From an uncultured Erysipelotrichaceae bacterium (GTDB lineage Bacteria > Bacillota_I > Bacilli_A > Erysipelotrichales > Erysipelotrichaceae), in the NCBI GenBank assembly GCA_942492995.1, contig OW818653.1, positions 1,680,001 to 1,712,000 of the forward strand: 32,000 nt of DNA. The letters run 5' to 3'. Shown in pieces: positions 26,463 to 32,000 of this stretch. The number at the start of each line of letters is the position of its first letter. Positions within the stretch are counted from its first letter, which is position 1. Both the position numbers and the translations under genes were made by a program. Under the pieces are notes generated by a model. The model saw only the letters and a list, made by a program, of their open reading frames with translations, searched no databases and was not told where the DNA came from.

Positions 26463-27566
26463 ATGCGTAAAGTAGAAATTGGCTTAAGTGTGTATCCAGA
26501 TTTTTATGACTATGAGACGATAAAGAAACAATTAGAATTAGCGGCTAGTTTAGGGTATACTCGTGTATTTACGTCTATTCAATTGGGGGTATTAGGATTT
26601 GAAAATACCAGTGATACATTGAGTGAAGGATTTGTTAAGTTGTTTGAATTAACGAAGAAACTTAACTTGAAGATGCATGCGGATTTAAATATGGAAGTAT
26701 TTAACCAAATTGGGGCAGAAGTAGATAATGTTAAACCGATTGTGGATCTTAATATTGATGTTATACGTTTAGATGGTGGATTTAGTATCGATGAAATCGT
26801 TCGATTAACCAATAATCCATTTGGATTAGTCATAGAAGATAACACCAGTAATGATGCGCATCTACTCGATACCATTGAGATGATCAATGAAAGAGGTAAT
26901 ATAAATAATTACCGTGCATGTCATAATTTCTATCCAAGAAATGAAACAGGATTAGATTTTGATGATGCGGTCTATACAGCAGATTTATTGAATGGATTTG
27001 GTGTAGAAAATGGTATCTTTATCACATCACAAACATCACCTCGTGATTTAAATGAAAGTGGTGATGGTGTCCCTACGATAGAGGAACATCGCTATCTTCC
27101 TCCGCATATCGCATTTAGTGAACTGAGAAATACCGATGTGTTTGATGTCATATTCTTTGGGGATAGTATGCCAGATTATGCGTCACTAAAAGCAGTAAGT
27201 GATGCGGCAAGCGTTGATTATGTTGAATTAGAGGTTTGGTTGGATAAGGATTTAAATCCAAATCAACATAAAGTCTTAACCGAAACCGTGTTATGGTCAA
27301 GACCAGATCAACCTCGACTTCTATTACGTGCTACACAAACCCGAAAGAAAGCGAGTGTTCCAGCTAAGAATAACGTAGCTCGTCCTTACTTGAGTATTAC
27401 ATTGGATAATGTACACTCCAATCGCTATGAATGTGAAGTACAAATCGCTCTACAAGACTTAAGTCCAAGTCCAGTTGCGAATGTCATTGGGATGGTTAAG
27501 CCTACTTGTAAACGACTACTAAATCAAGTAAAATATAAACAGTATCCATTTAAAATAAAGGAGTAA
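26463..27566 (+). CDS. DUF871 family protein (MupG-like 6-phospho-N-acetylmuramidase family)
   Basis: MRKVEIGLSVYPDFYDYETIKKQLELAASLGYTRVFTS is a typical DUF871 N-terminus. The ATG at 26463 has AAGGAGG upstream; the longer ORF-track start overlaps the previous gene. Confidence 0.75.
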   Translation: MRKVEIGLSVYPDFYDYETIKKQLELAASLGYTRVFTSIQLGVLGFENTSDTLSEGFVKLFELTKKLNLKMHADLNMEVFNQIGAEVDNVKPIVDLNIDVIRLDGGFSIDEIVRLTNNPFGLVIEDNTSNDAHLLDTIEMINERGNINNYRACHNFYPRNETGLDFDDAVYTADLLNGFGVENGIFITSQTSPRDLNESGDGVPTIEEHRYLPPHIAFSELRNTDVFDVIFFGDSMPDYASLKAVSDAASVDYVELEVWLDKDLNPNQHKVLTETVLWSRPDQPRLLLRATQTRKKASVPAKNNVARPYLSITLDNVHSNRYECEVQIALQDLSPSPVANVIGMVKPTCKRLLNQVKYKQYPFKIKE

Positions 27567-27568
27567 AC

Positions 27569-27880
27569 ATGGAAGGTCTAGAACTCGTTAGTTTTCAAAT
27601 TATTGCGGCTGCAGGATCCGCTCGTTCTTCATATGTAGAAGCACTACAAGCTGCAAAAAAAGGGAATTATGATGAAGCTGACGCTTTAATCAAACAAGGC
27701 GACAATGATTTCGTGGAGGCTCACCATGTACATGCGGAGTTAATCCAAAAATTTGCAGGTGGAGAAGATCCAGGAGCAAACATTCTATTAATCCATGCGG
27801 AAGACCAAGTTATGAGTGCTGAAGTCTTGAAGTTAATGGCTGTAGAATTCATCGAATTATACAAGAGATTAGACAAATAA
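27569..27880 (+). CDS. PTS EIIA component, lactose/cellobiose family
   Basis: A 103-aa three-helix protein with IIAAAGSARS, HHVHAELIQ and LIHAEDQVMSAE motifs. Confidence 0.85.
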   Translation: MEGLELVSFQIIAAAGSARSSYVEALQAAKKGNYDEADALIKQGDNDFVEAHHVHAELIQKFAGGEDPGANILLIHAEDQVMSAEVLKLMAVEFIELYKRLDK

Positions 27881-27884
27881 AAGA

Positions 27885-27905
27885 AAAGGCGTAAAGCCTT
27901 TTTTT
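27885..27905 (+). terminator. Terminator-like hairpin between the EIIA gene and murQ
   Basis: Stem aaaggc (27885-27890) / gccttt (27896-27901) followed by a T-run to 27905. Confidence 0.55.
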
Positions 27906-27921
27906 GATGTAAAATAAAAGT

Positions 27922-28821
27922 ATGAACGAACACATTGAACAACTCGTAACAGAAAAGCCAAATCCACATACACTACATTTAGATGAACTTAGTCCAATTG
28001 AGATTATTCAGATAATGAACGATGAGGACCAAAAAGTTGCGCTAGCCGTAAACAAGGAACTACCGAAAATTGCGCAAGCCATTGAGATTATTGTTAAACA
28101 ATTAAATCTAAATGGAAGAGTCGTATATTTTGGGGCAGGAACAAGTGGACGTTTAGGAGTATTAGATGCGTCAGAATGTCCACCTACTTTTTCCACAACC
28201 AATGAATTTATGGCATTGATTGCGGGTGGTACACATGCGGTTAAGAATGCGGTTGAAGGTGCAGAAGATTCTGAGACCTTAATAATAGAAGAACTAAAAG
28301 CACTTAAGTTTAGCTCAAAAGATGTGGCAGTTGGAATAGCCGCGAGTGGAAGAACCCCTTATGTTATAAGTGGTTTGAATTACGCAAAAAGTATCGGAGC
28401 ACATACAATATCCATTTCATGTAATCCTGATTCCGTCTTATCACATGTAAGTGATGTTGGAATTGATGTCGAAGTTGGACCAGAGGTATTAACTGGATCT
28501 ACACGATTAAAAGCAGGTACGGCAACGAAGATGGTCTTGAATATGTTATCTACCGCATCAATGGTTCAAATGGGTAAAGTCTATGGGAACTTAATGGTAG
28601 ATTTAAACCCTAGTAATATTAAATTGATTGATCGTGCTAAACGTATCATTATGCAGGCAACGGGCGTGAATGAAAAAACAGCTCATAATGCATTAAACGA
28701 TGCGAACTTAAAAGTTAAAGTAGCTATTATTATGTTAAAGAAAAATTGTTCCGCAACGGACGCAATAAATAAACTCGAAAGGGCGAATGGATTTGTCTCT
28801 AAAGCATTAAAATTGAAGTAG
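27922..28821 (+). CDS. murQ: N-acetylmuramic acid 6-phosphate etherase
   Basis: SIS-type fold with TEKPNPHTLHLDELS, GAGTSGRLG and LTGSTRLKAGTATKMVLNM motifs, and a length of 299 aa. Confidence 0.9.
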   Translation: MNEHIEQLVTEKPNPHTLHLDELSPIEIIQIMNDEDQKVALAVNKELPKIAQAIEIIVKQLNLNGRVVYFGAGTSGRLGVLDASECPPTFSTTNEFMALIAGGTHAVKNAVEGAEDSETLIIEELKALKFSSKDVAVGIAASGRTPYVISGLNYAKSIGAHTISISCNPDSVLSHVSDVGIDVEVGPEVLTGSTRLKAGTATKMVLNMLSTASMVQMGKVYGNLMVDLNPSNIKLIDRAKRIIMQATGVNEKTAHNALNDANLKVKVAIIMLKKNCSATDAINKLERANGFVSKALKLK

Positions 28822-28849
28822 AAATGTCACATTATACGTGACATTTTTT
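28822..28849 (+). terminator. Rho-independent terminator after murQ
   Basis: Stem aaatgtcac (28822-28830) / gtgacattt (28838-28846) followed by a T-run. Confidence 0.7.
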
Positions 28850-28862
28850 ATACCGTTTTTAC

Positions 28863-28891
28863 TTGTAGGCTAGTAAGTACGGGCATATAAT
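28863..28891 (+). promoter_or_regulatory. Candidate sigma-A promoter of the ABC transporter operon
   Basis: TTGTAG (28863-28868), a 17-nt spacer, then TATAAT (28886-28891). Confidence 0.45.
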
Positions 28892-28921
28892 GAAATTGGT
28901 GTTTAAAAGATGGAGGTTTCT

Positions 28922-29800
28922 ATGAGTATCATTGAAACAAAAAAGCTTACGAAATATTATGGAAAATCACGCGGAATAATAGATGTTGATTTGAAGATCG
29001 AAGAAGGTGAAATATTTGGGTTCATCGGACCAAATGGCGCAGGGAAATCCACCACAATTCGTTTACTTCTCTCACTCATAAAACCAAGCTCTGGGAATGC
29101 GACTATTTTTGGATTAGATTGTCAAAGAGACTATAAAGAAATCCATAAAGAGATTGGATACTTACCATCAGAAGTTTTTTATTATGACAATATGAAGGTA
29201 AAAGATTTATTAGCGTACTCTGCGTCTTTTTATCAAAAAGATTGTAAGGCGAAAATAATCGAATTAGCGAAACGTTTAGATTTAGATCTAAATAAGAAGA
29301 TTGATGATCTATCGTATGGGAATAAGAAAAAAGTTGGGATTGTCCAAGGTTTATTGCATTCCCCAAAACTCATAATTCTTGATGAACCAACCGGTGGTTT
29401 AGATCCTCTTATGCAACAAACCTTCTTCGATATTCTTAAAGAAGAAAACGAAAGAGGCGCAACGGTCTTATTCTCTTCCCATATTCTAAGTGAAGTTCAA
29501 AAGTTATGTGATCGTGTTGCGATTATTAAAGAAGGTAAGATTGTACGTATCGATACAATGGCATCACTCAAAGAAAATACATACTTAAAAGTAGCGCTTG
29601 AAACAGATACTCCATTACCAACAGAATTTGTGAATGAAAATATGGTTAATTATACGGTTATCGATGGTCATACTTCATTCTTATATAATGGAAATGTGAA
29701 TGATTTATTGAGTAAATTGTCTCAATTTAAATTAAATCGAATTAATCTAACTGAACCTGATTTAGAAGAAATATTCATGCACTATTATGTGAAGGAGTAG
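28922..29800 (+). CDS. ABC transporter ATP-binding protein
   Basis: Walker A GPNGAGKST, signature LSYGNKKKV, and Walker B LIILDEPTGGLD. The ATG at 28922 has GGAGG 5 nt upstream. Confidence 0.9.
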   Translation: MSIIETKKLTKYYGKSRGIIDVDLKIEEGEIFGFIGPNGAGKSTTIRLLLSLIKPSSGNATIFGLDCQRDYKEIHKEIGYLPSEVFYYDNMKVKDLLAYSASFYQKDCKAKIIELAKRLDLDLNKKIDDLSYGNKKKVGIVQGLLHSPKLIILDEPTGGLDPLMQQTFFDILKEENERGATVLFSSHILSEVQKLCDRVAIIKEGKIVRIDTMASLKENTYLKVALETDTPLPTEFVNENMVNYTVIDGHTSFLYNGNVNDLLSKLSQFKLNRINLTEPDLEEIFMHYYVKE

Positions 29801-29803
29801 TTT

Positions 29804-30601
29804 ATGAACATATTCCTTTTTGAATTAAAGAGTAACTTTAAAAGTAATCTAATCTGGATATTAGTTTTATTAGGTGTGGCGTATGGATTTATGATGATCT
29901 ATCCTGCATTCTATGCGAATTCACAGGATTTAATTGAAGTGTTTAATCGATATCCGAAAGAAATATTAGTTGCGTTTGGGTTTGATATAGATCAATTCTT
30001 CTCGGCAATTGGATTTTATTGTTTTGTATTGATCTACATTGAATTGATTGCGTCGATGCAAGCAATGGTGTTAGGACTTGGGACTTCAGGTCGTGAATTA
30101 CGTTTACGTACCTCTGAGTTTATCATTACTAAACCAGTAACCCGTCTTCAAATCATGTTTGCGAAAACAGCGTCGATTCTTGTGATTCTACTCGTCACAA
30201 ACATACTTCTAACCATTACGTCATATATAGCGATAAGCCAAGTCACGTTTGATTCATTCTCAACACAATCCTTTTTGATGGTATGTCTCAGTACCTTCTT
30301 ATTACAATGTGTCTTCGCATCCATGGGTATTCTATTGGGTGTAACATTTAGAAAATTACGTTCAGTTGCGCCAGTATCACTTGGAATCGTTTTTGGTTTC
30401 TTCGTGGTGAATATGTTAAAGGCTATCTTTGATGATGCATGGATTCGTTATTTCTCGCCTTTCCAATTCTTTGATAAGTATTCGATTGTGCTCAAGGGTA
30501 ATCTAGAAATTGAATTCTTAGTTTGGGGAATTGTATTAATCATTGGTATGACTTTAGTAGGATTTGTGTACTTTAATAAAAAAGACATCCATGCGGTGTA
30601 G
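29804..30601 (+). CDS. ABC-2 type transporter permease
   Basis: Six hydrophobic segments. RBS GAAGGAG upstream. Paralogous to the next gene (MNIFLFELKSNFK versus MNLFLHEMKQYWK). Confidence 0.75.
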   Translation: MNIFLFELKSNFKSNLIWILVLLGVAYGFMMIYPAFYANSQDLIEVFNRYPKEILVAFGFDIDQFFSAIGFYCFVLIYIELIASMQAMVLGLGTSGRELRLRTSEFIITKPVTRLQIMFAKTASILVILLVTNILLTITSYIAISQVTFDSFSTQSFLMVCLSTFLLQCVFASMGILLGVTFRKLRSVAPVSLGIVFGFFVVNMLKAIFDDAWIRYFSPFQFFDKYSIVLKGNLEIEFLVWGIVLIIGMTLVGFVYFNKKDIHAV

Positions 30602-30610
30602 GAGGTCAAT

Positions 30611-31411
30611 ATGAACTTATTTCTTCATGAAATGAAGCAGTATTGGAAGTATTTGTTGTTCTGGGGTATTGGGATAGTCGCAATGGTAGGTGGAGGTATG
30701 GGTAAATTTACTGCTCTCTATGATGCGGGTGATACATCCATTACCGACGTATTTAATCAACTTCCTAAGGCATTCCTCGCAATGTTTGGGATGGTGAATT
30801 TAGAGGTCACATCATTAAGTGGTTTCTATGGAGTGATTAATTTCTATCTTGTGATAATGGGTGCGATTTTTGCGATTATCTTAGGTGCTGGTATATTGGC
30901 TAAAGAAGAACGCGATAAAACAGCTGAATTCTTATTGGTAAAACCTGTTACACGTACTTGGGTACTAGGTCAAAAGCTTGCGGCTGGATTAATCTATGTT
31001 CTAGCGTTTGTAGGAATTGATTATGCGGTCTCTGTCGCGATTATTGCGAAAGTAGCGCCGAATGAAGATATATCGACCGAATTATTCTTGATGATGGTAG
31101 GATTAACATTAGTTATGTTAGCGTTCTATTGTTTATCGTTTGGATTATCTGGAGCACTTAAGAATAATACGAAAGCTTCAATGATAATGATATCTGTGAT
31201 GGGTGCGAGTTATATTGGGACGGTTATGTATGATATGATTGAAAACTCTGAATGGGTTAGACCTGCATTAATCTTTAAATACTTTCCAAATGATGAAGTA
31301 ATACGTACTTTAACTTTGGATCCAATGTATGTAGGGTTGACTGTATTATGGATTATCGTTGGATTAGCCTTAGCCTTTGTACGATTCCCACGTAGAGATT
31401 TACATATCTAA
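30611..31411 (+). CDS. ABC-2 type transporter permease (second paralogue)
   Basis: Polytopic membrane protein with GGAGG upstream and the same architecture as the preceding gene. Confidence 0.75.
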   Translation: MNLFLHEMKQYWKYLLFWGIGIVAMVGGGMGKFTALYDAGDTSITDVFNQLPKAFLAMFGMVNLEVTSLSGFYGVINFYLVIMGAIFAIILGAGILAKEERDKTAEFLLVKPVTRTWVLGQKLAAGLIYVLAFVGIDYAVSVAIIAKVAPNEDISTELFLMMVGLTLVMLAFYCLSFGLSGALKNNTKASMIMISVMGASYIGTVMYDMIENSEWVRPALIFKYFPNDEVIRTLTLDPMYVGLTVLWIIVGLALAFVRFPRRDLHI

Positions 31412-31418
31412 ACAGTAA

Positions 31419-31449
31419 AATACCACTTCAATGAAGTGGTATTTCTTTG
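31419..31449. terminator. Bidirectional terminator between the ABC operon and the convergent GH1 gene
   Basis: Near-perfect inverted repeat aataccacttca (31419-31430) / tgaagtggtatt (31432-31443) followed by a T-rich tail. Confidence 0.7.
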
Positions 31450-31454
31450 TTTGA

Positions 31455-32000
<546 letters not shown>

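Noticed and set aside
8070-28921. The ORF track gives longer N-terminal starts for several genes: 8070, 10473, 10789, 12024, 17102, 23079, 26424 and 28910.
   Set aside because: In each case a downstream start has a properly spaced Shine-Dalgarno sequence, and for several genes it also removes an overlap with the upstream gene or matches the usual family N-terminus. Several of the track starts are GTG codons sitting inside the RBS itself.
1583-29366. About thirty short ORFs of 60-131 aa in the supplied track lie antisense to or nested in longer genes. Examples are 1583-1768, 4035-4223, 5713-5967, 6317-6538, 7366-7635, 9290-9553, 10902-11297, 11757-12014, 12909-13229, 14384-14575, 18662-18847, 19122-19322, 20021-20242, 21048-21260, 24498-24698, 25774-26034, 26579-26887, 27721-27969, 28008-28202 and 29103-29366.
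   Set aside because: Each is fully embedded in a longer ORF with clear family motifs. They have low-complexity, hydrophobic or stop-poor AT-rich composition and lack convincing ribosome binding sites. They are best explained as chance ORFs.

Overview
This window is a 32-kb chromosomal segment from an AT-rich, low-GC Gram-positive organism (Bacillota). Supporting features are AddAB/RexAB-type recombination genes, many PTS components and strong GGAGG-type ribosome binding sites; a finer taxonomic call cannot be made from sequence alone. I saw no rRNA, tRNA, CRISPR array, transposase or integrase. Most of the window is ordinary housekeeping and carbohydrate metabolism. It contains two divergent GH1 6-phospho-beta-glucosidase paralogues cut by the window edges and an ascorbate-family PTS operon with a PRD-type regulator and a SIS-domain protein. 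It also contains addA/addB, an EamA transporter, an XRE regulator, a RelE/RHH toxin-antitoxin pair, yigZ and purB. purB is followed by a MurNAc-6P related cluster (GlmU-like nucleotidyltransferase, DUF871/MupG-like, PTS EIIA, murQ), then an ABC-2 transporter. The stand-out region is 3236-7948, the most AT-rich part of the window. It is a tightly coupled five-gene operon: MazG-like pyrophosphohydrolase, DUF2075 nuclease/helicase-like ATPase, a 209-aa unknown protein, a 420-aa QueC-like PP-loop enzyme, and a 208-aa unknown protein with a HEPN-like Rx4H motif. It resembles the QatABCD defence system (ATPase, small protein, QueC-like, effector) in gene order and sizes. However, it lacks TatD, and it also lacks the CD-NTase/TGT partners of the other known QueC-containing systems. 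I consider it the best candidate for an undescribed anti-phage system. All functional calls come from motif recognition by eye; no database search was possible.
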